Assembly (NCBI RefSeq): GCF_018977255.1
Contig: NW_024704743.1
Location: forward strand, 8,930,001-8,994,000
Origin: Callorhinchus milii
Lineage: Eukaryota
DNA: 64,000 bases
Reading direction: 5' to 3'
The translations under genes and the position numbers were made by a program. The notes beneath the pieces are model-generated. The model did not search any database. It was not told the DNA's origin and saw only the letters and a program-made list of their open reading frames with translations. Below are positions 12,007 through 26,043 of the stretch, one piece after another; the first letter of the stretch is position 1, and each line of letters begins with the position of its first letter.

Positions 12007-12627
12007 AATAACAACAACAATAAGATTACATTTGTATAGCGCCTTTCACGTCAGGAGGACGTTCCAAGGCACTGGACAGTCTACAGCATTTCAGACCTGA
12101 GCTGGGGGTGAGAGGGGAGGGGAAGGGGGGTGAGGCGGGACTTGAAGGAGGCTAAGGAGGGGGTGAGGCGGAGTGATTGGGGGATGGAATTCCAGAGGTT
12201 GGGGGCAGAGTGGCTGAAGGCTCTCCCGGTAATGGTGGGGCGGGTGAGTCTGGGGACGTGGATCAGGCCAGAGCCGGCTGAGCAGAGGGAGTGGGCGGGT
12301 TGGTACGGGGTTAGGAGGTCACAGAGGTAGGGTGGGGCGAGGCCATGGAGGGCTTTGTAGGTGAGAACCAGGATCTTGAACTGGATCCTCTGAAGGATAG
12401 GGAGCCAATGGAGTTGGGCGAGAGTGGGGGAGGTGGGGTCACAGAGTTTGGTGCGGAAGAGATACGGGCTGCAGAGTTCTGGATTATCTGCAGCCTGTGG
12501 AGGGAGGAGTTGGGAAGGCCGACAAACAGGGTATTTACATAGTCGAGCCTGGAGGTGATGAAGGCATGAACAAGTGTTTCAGTGGCCTGAGGGGTGGGGC
12601 AGTGGCGAGTCGGGCGATGTTACGGAA
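12007..12627 (-). mobile_element. L2 LINE 3' fragment
   Basis: Minus strand reads AFITSRLDY-like coding sequence, followed by the L2 tail and (GTT)n. Confidence 0.85.
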
Positions 12628-13716
12628 TAAATAAGTGGATGACCATTACCATCATGTTATAGGCATAACTGTTTATTTTGTATTTGAATGATCAATGTGC
12701 ATGTGATCAACCTCAAATTACAATTGATCCCACACTCATTATGCTTGTTAAGCTTGTTATTTCCACAAAATAATCAAAATACTATACACTCTTAGTACAA
12801 GATCAATGCAGATAAGAGTTCAACTTTGAATTTCCTTGGGATTATGTCCTTTTTTTGGTGTGCAGTTCATTAAAAGATTCTCAAATTGTTTTCACTGTGA
12901 ATTCATTAAGAAATGTGCTCATTCGTAACAATTCCTAATTTAAGTCTCCATGTGCACAATCTCTGTAAATTCATTATTACAGATTCTTATGTTTTTATCA
13001 AGACTGGAAATTGAAAGCTAGCAGGATAAGTGTGGACAGAGATGGTCAGAGATTGTCAAATTCTGCTGGGACCAAGGAAGTGTGGAAAATAACCAAACCA
13101 TAGTGAAACATGAAGAACTTGGGGATAGAATGCTTCCCCATTGACTTAGAATGGGGGAACGACCACCTGTGCTTTTACTAAATTACTTTAGGGCAGGAGA
13201 GAAAGAAATTGTACAGAACCTTCCTTCAGGAGAATAAATAATTGAAGTAAAAGTCTGCGATAGGGTAGATTGCACATGTCCTGAGGGCTTGCTATTTATT
13301 TCATTCTATCTTATGTTCTTGTGTTGTTTGTTGTGAACATGTGGCTGAATCTCATACTGTGATCAGGTATAAAGAGCTGTGAGTTATTTACTGCACTTGG
13401 AGTCTGGAGTCAAATCTGTCACCTTTTGGCCTCAGACTTGGTCAAGACTACGAAGTACAAGATTCCTATCAAGCCAGGTCTACCCGAAACAAATTGCTTG
13501 CCCTTTTGGCAAGAAAGGAAAATGTATGCCTTTGCCTGAGAGTTTGATATCAATGTAAGATTATCATACAAAGGAGGCATTTGGTACATTTGTGATGGTC
13601 AAAATAAATCATGCAACAAAATGACCTGATTTGATCAGTAAAACTCCTAGCATTTCATATACAGTTTGGATTGTGTTGTACAAATCAAACCAACATTATA
13701 ATACGTTCATATAAAA

Positions 13717-14025
13717 AATAATAATAATCCTTGCATTTGAAATAGTGCCTTATCACGTCGTCGCGATAAGTGCTTCAAAGTGCTTCACAGGATATACTGT
13801 AAAGTACAATGATTGATATTTTGTGGGCGAAACGCAACAGCCAGTTGGACACAGCAATATCTTCAAACAGCTATGGAGTGAGTGATCAAGTTTTTCTGTG
13901 GGATTGTTGGCCAGGACACTGGGAGAAACTCCCTTCTTTTTTCGAATAGTGCCATGGGATCTTTCAGGTTCACCTGGGCAGGCAGATGGGACTTCGGTTT
14001 AATGTCTCATCTGAAGTACAGCGAC
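13717..14025 (-). mobile_element. Family B DeuSINE, 5'-truncated
   Basis: GATCCCATGGCACTATTCGAA body, Deu domain and (ATT)n tail. Confidence 0.75.
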
Positions 14026-14339
14026 TTTTGGAATATTTATGTTAGCCAAAATAAAAATTCTAGTAACAAAACATCCTGATTTGATTTTGTTGAAACATAT
14101 GAATAAGTCCATTGTTCACAATAAAAGATTTAATAAATCATCTCGTAACAATATTTAAAGTAATTTCACATATCATTATAGTGTAATGATTTCTGTAGAC
14201 AATTTTTTTTACATTTAACTTTTTATTTCTGCTGTTTTAGTTTTCTCACATTTAATGTTCTCCTCATTTCTTCACACTAACGACATGTTGTTCAGGTCCA
14301 AAACATCAATGAGCTCTGGGATTTTGATTTTAAAGGATA

Positions 14340-15620
14340 GAAATGTTACATTGGCCAAAGGATCTGAAAAACAATCCCTGGGGAGAGATGCATTGTACCC
14401 TCAGGATACTTAGAGAAACAAGGAAGCAAGCAAAAAAAAGAGATAGAGTAACATTAGATACATACGACTGCCCTCAATACCTGGAAAACAAATGGAATTA
14501 TTGGAATCAAAATAGGTTAGCTTTAAATGGACTGTGAGAAGTCTCATTAAATATTGTACCTACACTTCCCCGAAAGCTTATAATGTACCCCCATGAGAGG
14601 CTGCTATGCCACATGACAGGTGACATGCAACCTACGATAAGCAAGGGTAAAACAGGGACACAAAGTAGTAACTGGCTAAAGGGAAGGAAGAAGAGAATAG
14701 TTGTAAGAGGAGTTAGGTCAAAATGGTGGAAGTCATTGACTAAGGTGTCTCAGAAGTCTGTGCACAGAACCCCCTCCTGGTCCTATTATATTTAAGTGAC
14801 CTGGAGTTGCAGATGCAGTGCAAGATAGTTACATTTACAGATGACACTAAGCTTGGGGTATTGTGGAATCAAAGGCAGTAGCCAAGATCTTACAAAGTGA
14901 GCTCAACAAGTAAGGCATGGACTAATCTCTAACATATGAAGTTCAATACAGATAGCACTTATAGGAGGTAAAAATAGATGATACACGTAATCCATGAATA
15001 GGATAGAATTTACCAAAGAGAATAGTTTAAAATGACTTAGGAGAATTAATTGACTCATTCCATGTTCAAACAGTGTGAGGCAGCAATACATTAATATAGC
15101 AACTTTCATGTTGGGAGGGTACCTGAAACCGCTCCAGAGTGTTAAATGGGCACTCGAACCGGGTGTGGGAACCAAGGGGAGAGGGAAGTATGACCAAAAG
15201 CATGGTCGAAGAAATACGCTTTAAATAGAGGGACTCCAATGGAGTTCCAGAGGGTAAAGAATGACTGAAAGCCCACTCGCCAATGGTGGGGCGGATAGAG
15301 CGGGGGACATGCAGCACGCCGGTTCTCGTTGTACATAAAGTGAACAGAATGCTGAGCTCCATTGCCAAATCAGTTGAGTTTAGGCTATACAGTACTCTGA
15401 TTGGATCACACATGGATTTCTGTGTGCAGTTGTGTTCACTGTGGTTTAAGGGGCTGCACAGGCTTGGGGGCAGCCAGGAAAAGAGTAATGAGGTTGATCT
15501 CTGGCATTAGAGGGAAGAGCTATGGTTCTTCAGCCTCAAAAAGCGATGTCGCAGCAGGGATCTTATAAAGGTGTATAAGATGATTCTGAGTGAGAGAAAT
15601 TAAATCTTGAACATAAGTAA
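14340..15620 (+). mobile_element. Old CR1 ORF2 fragments interrupted by a minus-strand L2 piece (~15125-15325)
   Basis: NWLKGRKKRIVV, TTTACAGATGACACTAAG (F.DDTK) and LYSTLI..H...CVQ motifs. Confidence 0.6.
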
Positions 15621-15984
15621 CATGCCTAGGGGCCGCTATTGACATTACTTGCAGTTTTATTGACTGCTTGTATTGCTCTGCAGAGGGATTGATGGAGTTT
15701 ACACGGGTATGGCCAAATGCAGTTTCTGAGCAAGTTTTATTGGCACCTGTATTGCTGCTATAATTCATTACGGAAGGAGAGAGATGTTTTGTTAGTGGTT
15801 GCTCGAATGCTATGGAATACACATGTTGTGATTCTGGAGGGATTATACTAGGTTTGACTAGCCTGGCCAGCTAAATGCTGACAACATTTTGATATTGGTG
15901 CTTGGAGGGGGGAGGGGAGGAGGATTGCCACAGCAAGATGTCCGATGAGGAACTCCAATAGTTAGCCTGGAGTTAACTGTTAAC

Positions 15985-16243
15985 GCCCAGCCCGTCCCAC
16001 CATTGGCGGTCGGGCCTTCAACCTCTCTGCCCCCACCCTCTGGAACTCCATCCCACAGTCCCTCCTTGCCTCCTTCAAGGCACGTCTCTTCGACTACACC
16101 TTTGGTCACCCTCTTATCCCTACCCTCCCTGTCCTCCACCCCTGTTGACCTCAACTCCCAGCTCGGGTCCAAATCCCTGACTGTCCAGAGCCTTGGGACG
16201 TCCTCCTGACGTGAAAGGCACTATGCAAATTAACTTGTTGTTG
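15985..16243 (+). mobile_element. L2 3' end
   Basis: CCTTGGGACGTCCTCCTGACGTGAAAGGCACTATG tail followed by (GTT)n. Confidence 0.8.
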
Positions 16244-17116
16244 GGGGGAAACACTCTGAAGATGGTTTTATCTAGGAATCCCTGCTGGTGCCAGAGGAAT
16301 GGAACATTCTGGGCGAGGAATCAAGGTTAGACAATAATTGATTTTGGCGTGGGTAGGAACTGTGTTTCAACGAGGAGCAAGTAAGAAAGGTGATGGCCTT
16401 ACTGGAGGTGTTCCATACATATGGCTGCTTGTATTAGTCAATTAAGACTGCTCTATTTCTTGTATAAAACTGGCTGGCTCCTAATGTTATTCCTTCAGCA
16501 GACTAGTTCCTTCTGCAATACTTATAGACACACAGTACTACAATGGGACAAAAGGACACAGATCCAAGCTTGTGAAGAACAATTTTAGGACACCAAGAAG
16601 TATTTATAAAAGACAAATAAATTTACACTTATACAGTGCATTCCAAGCCAGGAGATCAACAACAACAGCAACAACAAATTACATTTGTGAGGTGCTTTTC
16701 ATGTCCAAAGGACATCACAAAGCCCTGGAGAGTTAGGGATTTGGACCCGAGCAAAGGGTTGGGATTAGGAGGAGTGGAGAGCAGAGACATACTAAAGCAC
16801 TTGACAATTCTGGCTGGGCACCAGAGCTGAGGGTGGTGAGGAGGGCAAGCTTACCTTAAAAGAGGGCAGAGAGGGAGTAAAAGGATAGGAAGGAGGACAG
16901 TAAGACACAGTTTTAGTTAACAGCTGGAATGTGTTACCAGGAAGGATGCTTGAGACCAGGGCATTGGACTTATTTAAGAAACAGTTGGTTGCTGCAATGG
17001 AAAGATGACAGGCTGGAAGAATATTCTGGAAGAATAAATTCCAATGGGTTCAATAGCTTATTTTTAAATACAAACTCCTCTTTTGATATTGTGAATTGTA
17101 GAAACTGTGTGCATAG

Positions 17117-17762
17117 TCTGGATCAGTTGGTAGTACTCTCACCTCTGCGTCAGAAGGTTGTGAGTTCAAGCCCACATCAGGACTTTGATCTCACATAGTC
17201 TAAGCTCGGGTAGTCCAACCTTTTGGCTGCTGAGCGCCGGATGCCCTATTGAGGAAAGTCCGCTGGCCGCATAAGCAATATATTTGCGTTTTCCTTCCAG
17301 AAACGTAACAACATTTATGGGTTATGGAGAGAATGGGTGAGCCAGATGAAATGGAAGAGGTGGAGCCAGATGAAATCGGCCCGCGGGCTGCCAGTTGGAA
17401 CACTTTGGTCTAGGTTGAATGTAGTGCTGTGGATGTGCTTTTCTGCTGGAGATGCCGTCCTTCAGATAAGATGTTAAACCAAGGCTCTGTCTGCCTCTTC
17501 AGATGGATGATAAAGATGCTATGGCACTATTGAAAAAGAGAAAGGACTTTCTCTCAGTGTCCTGGCCAAAAATTCTCCCAATTAAATTGGTCATTCACTT
17601 CATGAATGTTTATGGGACATTGCTATGTGCAAATTTGCTGCTGCATTCACCTAAAAAAGAATTAGTCACTACACTTTATAGGAAATCTTGTGAAGTGCTT
17701 TGAGATGTCCTCTTGACATGAAAGGCATAATATCAAATGCAAGGATTTCTTTATTATTTATT
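17117..17762 (+). mobile_element. Family B DeuSINE, full length, interrupted by a MITE
   Basis: A/B-box head TGGATCAGTTGGTAGTACTC..GAGTTCAAGCCC, body, Deu domain and tail. Confidence 0.8.
17206..17407. mobile_element. hAT (Charlie/MER45-like) non-autonomous element
   Basis: Degenerate TIRs (GGGTAGTCCAACC..GTTGGAACACTTTG), subterminal GGCCCGCGGGC, and an imperfect 8-bp TSD GTCTAAGC/GTCTAGGT resembling the NTCTAGAN target preference. Confidence 0.7.
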
Positions 17763-18935
17763 TGGGTGACAATATGCAAAAAAAACACTTTGGTTGTTGT
17801 TGATTGAAAGAGAAAGCAGAAAGGAAAAAATTCAAGGCTGCCATATTTTTGATCAAAAGAAAAAGCTGGTTAGATATGCAGTGGAACTATTAATTAATAT
17901 GAAATAGCATTCCCGTTTGGATTATGAATAACATCTACCCTAGACTTTTCTCTACATACATTAAAGATTAATCTGATGCGAAAGATACACTATTCAGCAA
18001 TTTAAGAAAGAGATTCTGTCTGCTAAATCGTAGCTGACATTTTTACCAGAGACTGTTGCTTTCAGTGACACTGATCTGAACCTAGTACATAATAATCCTT
18101 GGAATGATTTTTTCTCCATTTATATTAATATATCAAAATTAGTTCACTTAATTGGCTTCCAGCAAATTTATAGGAATACTGTAACAATGTTTCATTGTAT
18201 AAATTGCCATTGCCAGATACTTTTGAAGAACACACATACACCTCTGCTCATTTAATTACAATTCTACAACCCAAATGCAATTTAAAGCAAGTATTTTAGC
18301 AAAGGTAAAGGGTTAAAATACAAATGCCATTCACATTAAGTGCAGGAATATTGGATTGAATTCCCTACAGTGATAACTTAGCATTGGTAAAGATATGTAT
18401 AATGCAATCAGTGTACTTACATCCCTGTTATAAATTACAGTGGTTAAGTAGAGCCACAATATTTATTTATTCAACAGCAGAGCTGTAATACCAGTACTAC
18501 CCATTGTTTATTTAAGACTTTAGGCAGCTCTTTGTACATCCATCTTAATTATAACTTTCCCATTCTTTTTCTCAGACTTTCTTCTCTGAAGCTTTCCTTT
18601 CACATTCAAGCAATTTACTCTTATCATTCACTCCTGTTTTATCTCTCGTGGATGTCCCAGTACAGTGCTCTGCTATTAAGTGTATAACTGATTTTCTACA
18701 TTTGGTAGACTTTTATCAGTAGTATATGCTTAGAGTTGTAGATATTTAGTCCAACAGGACATCTATTTGAAACGCACTGTTTTATATTTATATTTTACGT
18801 ACGACAGAACTGCTTGGAGCTGAGTGTGATCGTGATACTGATTATACTCCATTCATGCATTATATGTGTTGACAGTTAACCTTTCCAGTGCCACAGGAGA
18901 TTTTATTTGCCCAATTTAGGTAGGATGAAATGCAA

Positions 18936-19347
18936 TATAATAATCCTTGGATTTAATGCTGCACCTTATCATGTTGTTGAGACATCTCGAAGCGCTTCAC
19001 AGAATTTAACTGAGGTTTAGGAGCATTTGTAGGCAAATGAGGTAGCCAATTGGTGATGTCCCACAAAGAGACATGAAATGAATGATCAGTTTTATTTGGA
19101 GGATTGTTGGCTAGGACGGCAGGAGAAATTTTCTTCTCTATTCTAATAGTGCCACGGATCCATCCATGGATTTTAACATCCATCTGAACAGGTAGATGGG
19201 CTTCAGTTTAACGTCTTATCTGAAGATGGACACCCCAGCACTGCATTCAGATGTCAGCCTAGACTTGTAAGTTCAAAGTCGCAACGTAGGGCTTGAACTC
19301 ACAATCTTCTGACTTAGAGGCAAAAGTGCTCGCAAATGAGCCAGGCT
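18936..19347 (-). mobile_element. Family B DeuSINE
   Basis: Same head, body and tail as 7912-8360. Confidence 0.75.
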
Positions 19348-19450
19348 TTCTTCACTGGAATGAAAAGATATAGAATATTCTTATAGTGACAATAAGGATA
19401 GAGGGGTAAAAAGTACAATGTGTCATATGTTAACAACAATGGTGCGAATT

Positions 19451-21513
19451 ACAACAATAACAACAAAATTACAATTGTATAGCGCGTTTCACATTGGGAG
19501 GACGTCCCAAGGCACTAGACAGACAGAGGTTCGGACCCGAGCTGGGGGTCGGGGTCGGGGACGGTGGAGGACGGGGGGGGAAGCAGGGAGATTGAAAGCA
19601 CGGTCGAAGAGCAGGGTCTTGAGATGGGTCTTGAAAGTGGCAACGGAGGGGGTGAGGCAGAGAGACTGCGGGATGGAGTTCCAGAGGGTAGGGGCAGAGT
19701 GGCAGAAGGCCCGCCTACCAATAGTGGGACTAGCTTAGTAAGGTGGAGTGTGCAACCATGGATGGTGATGCTGTCAGCGCCTGAGGTGAGGAGGCGCTGA
19801 TGGGAGCCAATTAGGAGAGCGTCGGTCTTGTTGACATTCAACTGAAGAAAGTTAGCTCTCATCCAGAATTTGATGTCCAACGGTCATTCTATCAGCAGTG
19901 GTGCTGGAGTTAAAGGTGGAGGCTGAGAGGTAGAGTTGGGTGTCATCCGCATACATGTGGAAATTGACCCCATGTCTGTGGATGATGTCATCAAGAGGGA
20001 GCACATAGATATTGAAGAGGAGGGATCAAGGACAGAGCCCTGATGAATGCCACACAAGACGGGGTGGGGGTTAGAGGAGAAGCCATTTTTGGAGATGAAG
20101 TGGAGGCGGTGCGAAAGGTATGATCTGAACCAGTCAAGGACAGAGCCGTGAAGGTTGAGATGAGAGGAGAGGCAGTGGATGAGGATAGAGTGGTTGACGA
20201 TGTCAAAGGCTGTAGTGAGGTCAAGGAGGACGAGGAGGCAGAGTGAGCCCTGGTCGCAGATGGACAAAATGTCCTTTGTCACTATGACCAAGGCTGTTTC
20301 TGTGTCGTGGGCAGCACAAAATCCAATGGAGGGGTTCATGAACGGATTGGCAGGAGAGGAAGGAGCAAAGATGAGAAGCAACAACTCATTCCAGGACCTT
20401 GGAGAGGAAAGGGAGTTTGGAGATGGGGTGGTAGTTTGAGATTAGAGATGTGTCCAGGGAGAGTTTTTTAAGGATAGGACTGATGACAGCGTTTTTTAAT
20501 GGAGTGAGAACAGTACCAGAGCACAGAGAGAGGTTTATGATGTCAGTGAGTAGAGGGGCAAGGAGGTGGATCTGGGAGATAAGACGAGGGGTAGGGATAA
20601 GGTCAAGGGAGCAGGTGGTCAGTTTCATGCGGGTTGTAATGGTGATGAGAGAGGAAGGGGAGACAAATTCAAAGGTGTGGAGGGAGGGATGGGAAAGGGC
20701 CGGGGTAGGAGGGGGCGATGAGGTAGCAGCTGAGCAGATTCCCTTGACTTTGGATTTGAGGAAGTCCAGCATCGCCTCGTGGTTAGCATTTGAGGTGAGG
20801 ATGGGCGAGGCATGAGAGAGTGGGTGAAGGAGCCGGTTCGTGATGGACAAGAGAAGCCTGGGGTTGTACTTAGCCTCCAAGATTGTCTTGTAGAATGATG
20901 ATTTAGCGGAGCCAAGGGTGGAGCGGTAGTATTTGATATGGTCCAACCAGATCTGCCAATGGACAGTTAAGTTTGATTTAAACCAGGTGCACTCAATGGC
21001 ACGCACCTGTGCTTTAAAGGAGCAGAGGTGGCTGGTGTACCATGGTGACTTACATGAATAGGAGATGGTTCAGGAAGAGAGGGGAGCAAGGGAATCAAGA
21101 GTGGAGGAGAGGGAGCTGTGGAGAAGAGTGACCGAGGGGGATAGGTCATTGCGGGAGGAAGCCCAGAGGGGAAGGAGTTCAGATGATTCCAAGGCAGCCG
21201 AGAAGGAGGGAGGGAGAGATTATTTTCCAGAGGTGGTAGGAGATGGAGGTGGGTTGGTTGGCAATGGATAGAGGGATTGAGGAGTTAAGGGGGATGAAGT
21301 GATGGTCCGAGACGGTGAGGCCCCGAGTGATCACCAGTTCGAGGGGGTGACCGTGTACGTGAGAGGTGGAGTGGATGTGGAGGGAGTGATTGAGGGAGGA
21401 AAAGTCAGCAGAGGTAGAGCAGGATGGAGTGAAGTGAAGTTTGAAGTTGCCTAGGATGAGGAGGCATTCGGAGCAGAGGGAGAGGGAAGATAAGAGGGTG
21501 GAGATGTCAGGGA
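19451..21513 (-). mobile_element. L2 LINE with long ORF2 remnant (EN end, linker, RT) and 3' tail; internal deletion near 19730
   Basis: [67 protein letters not shown] (GTCATCCGCATACATGTG at ~19942) and [14 protein letters not shown]. Confidence 0.92.
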
Positions 21514-21624
21514 TTAAGGTGGGGGAAGGCTTGGGGGGGCAATAGCTAATAAGAATTTTGAGGAAATGGTTGAAGGGGTGATAAAGGATAAGGTGCTCAA
21601 AGGAAGGGAAGGTTCCAAAGGAGT

Positions 21625-22920
21625 AATAACAACAACAACAGCAAAGTTACATTTATAGAGCGCATTTAATGTTGGGAGGACATCCCAAAGCGCTGAACAG
21701 TCAGGTGTCAGGGCCCGAGCATGGGAGAGGGGTGGGGGAAGGCAGAGAGGTGGGAGTGCCAACAAAGGCACGATCGAAGAGAAGGGTCTTAAGATCAGCC
21801 TTGAAGGAGGCAAGGGAGGAAGAAAAGAGACACTGAAAGCCTGGCCACTGATGGTAGGACAGGTCAGGCGGGAGACATGGAGCAGACCGGAGCCCACTGA
21901 ACGGATGGAGTGGGCAGGTTGGTAGAGAGTCAGCAGGTCAGAGAGGTAGGAGGGGCCAAGGCCATGGATGGCCTTGAAAGTGAGGACGAGGATCTTGAAC
22001 TCGATCCTCTGGGGGATGGGGAGCCAGTGGAGTCGGGCGAGGGTGGGAGTGATGGGAGCTGCAGAGTTGGGAAGGCCGATAAGGAGGGAGTTTCGAGTTT
22101 CCGTAATCGAGCCTTAATGTGATGAATGCGTGGGTGAGGATTTCGGCAACCTGAGGGGTGAGGCAGTGCCGGTCATGGCGCGGATGTGGGGGCGAAAGGT
22201 CAGTTCAGGGTCAAACAAGACACCTAGGTTCCTGACTGGCTTAGTGAGGGTGAGTGTGCAGCCGTGGAGGCTGATGCTGCAAGTACCCGAGGTGCGGAGG
22301 CGCTGGTGTGAGCCAATCAGGAGGGCCTCGGTCTTGCTGATATTGAGTTGGAGAAAGTTGTCCCTCGTCCAGGACTTGATGTTGGACAGGCAGTCGGTCA
22401 GGACGCCAGTAATCCTGGAGTTGAGGGTGGAAGCAAAGTGATAGAGTTAGGTGTCATCCACATACATGTGGAAATTTATGGATAGGCCGAGCAGGGACCA
22501 GGAGATGAGAGCCACACAGCCATGGCAGTTAGGCCATGGGGTATGATGGAAGGTGTGGCCAGGTGGTGTGGCCTCTGTCAGGGGGAAGGTGTCGCCTGGA
22601 GTGATTCAGGTTTCAGTGAGGGCAAGAATGTCGATGTTTTCATCGCTGATGAGGTCTGGGATGGTGAGTGTTTTGTTGGAGAGGAAACGGACATTTTGTT
22701 GACCGGTGTGGATGGGACAGTTGGTGGGGGAATGTGGAGGGCGAGGGTGGGGAGGACCGATGGAAGGTTGGGATATGGATCAGGGAAGAGAGGTTGGCCC
22801 CCGTGGTCTGGGACTGGTGAGCCTTGCGGTGAGAATGGGGTATAGGACAGTCAGAGTGGTTGAATTAACACATGTGTTTGGGGTTGGGGACAGTGGGGAG
22901 CAGGGGGAAACAACTTACAC
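21625..22920 (-). mobile_element. L2 LINE, fragmented (3' tail, RT C-terminus, upstream piece)
   Basis: L2 tail and (GTT)n at 21625-21700; NFLQLN.SKTEA region ~22330; HMYVDDT ~22450. Confidence 0.85.
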
Positions 22921-25769
22921 TTAAACGCCAACATGCTTTGGCCTTGTGGTTCATGGATCATGACTTTGAATGTCTGGTTATCACAATACTAGCTTAACTA
23001 AATAAAAAGTTAGAGTTGATTTGCCTTCTGTGAGGTGCAAGCGCACCATGTGGTCTAGAAAACTTCTGGGCATAATGCTTGGAAAGGATGAGATGGGGTG
23101 GAGGGGTTGCAATCAGCTGAAGTGTTAATTGTCATCCGGTCATCTTTTTCAACATTATTTTTCGATTTGTTGTTAATTAGCACATCACCCATAATAATAA
23201 TCGTTGTATTATAATAAAATTAAGAATAATAATCCTTCCACAGTCTTCTGACTCAGAGGTAACAGTGCTACCAGCTGTATCAGGCTGATCTCTGGCTCTA
23301 TTGACTGCAAAATTATAACTGAATAGAATTATTCTTTGATATTACAGACTAAGACAGGCTTCCATAAAATAAATGGCAAAAGGGTGAGCTTCAAAACCAC
23401 TGTTAACTTAACAAGTGCAGACTGCTTTACATTAATCCCTTGTGAAAAACAAGCAGCTTATTCATATTTTCTCTGTATATTTGTCCTCTCACTTTCTCTT
23501 GTCCACGTTTACTTTTCTCTTTCTTACATCATCCATCTCTGTAGATGTGGCTGGAAGTGTTCATAATCATTTTGCTTTTTCATAATTCTTATAATGTATC
23601 ATGAATGAATAGAGAAACAATTATTGCTTTCACCAGGCCATTAATTCATGTGTTACATTTTTTCTTCAGAACGTTAAGGGGATTATTTATCTCAAAGCTT
23701 ACCATTGATTGATCGTTCTAATTAGACCCATAACTGAGATGGTGAATGGTTCTGTAACTTTGTCTACATATTTCTGAAACCACTTTGGATCTCAGCCAGG
23801 TGGCAGTTCATTGCTAAGATAACCTATATATGTCTTGGCAGATGTGGAGGTTAGTAATGTCTGAAACTCAAATGAGCTCTCTCATTAGACTCATTTCTTG
23901 GAGTACTCTTCTAACAAGTCCACCTGAATAAATGACTAAGGATCCTTCTACAACTGTGAAACATTCACACCTGGCTTCATTATCTAAAGAGATCACTTCA
24001 AAGAGTGCTATCAAATCTCAGCTCAACTAAAGAGTTTGGGAGAACTTAGAAAGACTATAAGCACCAACGCAAGTAACTACAGGTTGCAGATTACAGTCAT
24101 GTAATGGCATAAACCAAGAAAAGGCAACTGTGCCCATCCAGCCCACTTCATTATGATGTTCACCCAATGCACTCTTGTTTCCACAGGAGAATTATGAGAG
24201 ATCCAGAGATCTAAGATGATAAAAGAAAGCCCAGAATATTCATCCATCATTCTTCTTTGCTATTTAATCCTGGCCTCCTTCCTTCCACACACAGTCGTTC
24301 TTAATTTCCCCCAACACCAGCCCTGCAAAAATCATTGTGTCTTGTGCAACATTTGTTAATATCAATCAGCACCTATCCTATCTTATCCTATCTTTATATA
24401 CAATACTGTTTTTAAGCAGATACATTTTGATTTTTTTTGAAGAAGTCAGTCAAAGCAATATCAATTGATCTTGTCCATCAGATCACAAGAGAGGTTTGGA
24501 TAAAAAAAGCCCTTCAGGCATTTGATCTCAGCCTTCCAGACCTTTACACCATGCCTGACCATCCTACCTACTGTCCTTCCAATACAGCATCAAGCTGCTT
24601 CTTAAATATGTCCAGAGTCCTGGCTTACACTACCCTACCTAGTGAAGGAGAGTGCTGAGAACACTACAGGAATGAGCTATGAGCAACAATTAGACAAGCT
24701 AAGGCTCTACATTTTGACATTTCAAAGCAGACCATCTAGAGGCATATACAATGTTCACTATGGGTACGGGCACTGCATATGTTGATTTGTTTCTTACATT
24801 AATGTATCCTTGCAGCATTAAACAGATGTAAGCACTCCACAGAAACCTCTCCCAGTGAGGTTCAACTATAACGTGTCAATGTGGAATAAACATTTTGCAG
24901 TGACGCCTGTCGCACACATAAATACTTTGTTGCTCGACTAATGGCACAAATATACTTTTAACGCTCTGGATGACCTTTTCTTTTAACCAGCTCATAATAA
25001 TTTACAGCAGGCATTTATAAATTACTTTATTATTTCAGCCTAGCTCAGTTGATAGCACATTTGCCTCTGAGTCAAGAGTTGTGGGTTCAAGTCTCATATC
25101 GGGGCTGAGCTTACACTCCAATGCAATTGTGATGATGGTGATGTCATGGTCAAGGTGTCTGCAAACTCATCTGAATGGTGCCTCATTGTGTGTTATTTCC
25201 ACTCTGCAGGTGGTAGAAATGCCTCATCGTCTGCAAGAGCATTGCTTTGCTGTTTGCCTCACTGTCTGTTATTTCTCACTGTCTGATATTTCCACCCTAC
25301 AGGTGGTAAGAACATTTGCCTTCCTTTTGGTTAGCACTATCTCAGTCAATTTCAATTTGTGAGAATGTTCTTGTCTTGTATGAATGGGGCCTGATGTGCA
25401 TGGAGAATGACTGCCTGTCAGAACATGGCTTTTTGTAAATGTCAGAACATGTGAACAAAAGTATAAACAGTAGGCATTTGAACAGGGCAGGTTCAGTTGT
25501 ATTTGTAGGGACTTTTAACAAGAAGTTGGTCAGCTTGGTCACTTGGCTAAAACCATAAATGCTTTTATGTATTATGACTCTGACTTAATTTAGGGCTTTG
25601 GGGTATCGTCATATGTTATGCTTGTGGCCAATAAATATTTGAAATTTATTTTAAGTAGTCCATATTTTAATTCATTAATATAAACGGGATACTGTTTTTT
25701 GTCCTCCTGACTATAGTCACTGAGAGATTGGGTACAAATTACCCAGCTCCGTGACACAATGCTAGGGGG

Positions 25770-26022
25770 AGCATTTTTTGAGGTATCATCCTTTGAATGA
25801 GATATTAAACTAAAGTCCCGTCTTATTGTTCAGGTGGGTGTGAAAGATCCCATGGCACTGGAAGTTTCTCCTGGTTTCCTAGTTAACAATTCCCCACATA
25901 AAATTGATCACTCACTTCACAGTTGTTTGTGGGACATGGCTGTGTACAAATTGGTTGCCACATTCACGTACAAAATACACAGTCACTAAACTTTACAGTG
26001 AATCAATCCTGTGAACTGCTTT
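25770..26022 (+). mobile_element. Family B DeuSINE (host of a nested SINE and CR1; resumes ~27160-27190)
   Basis: GATCCCATGGCACT body and Deu domain. Confidence 0.7.
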
Positions 26023-26043
26023 ATTTTTAATAGTCCTTACATT

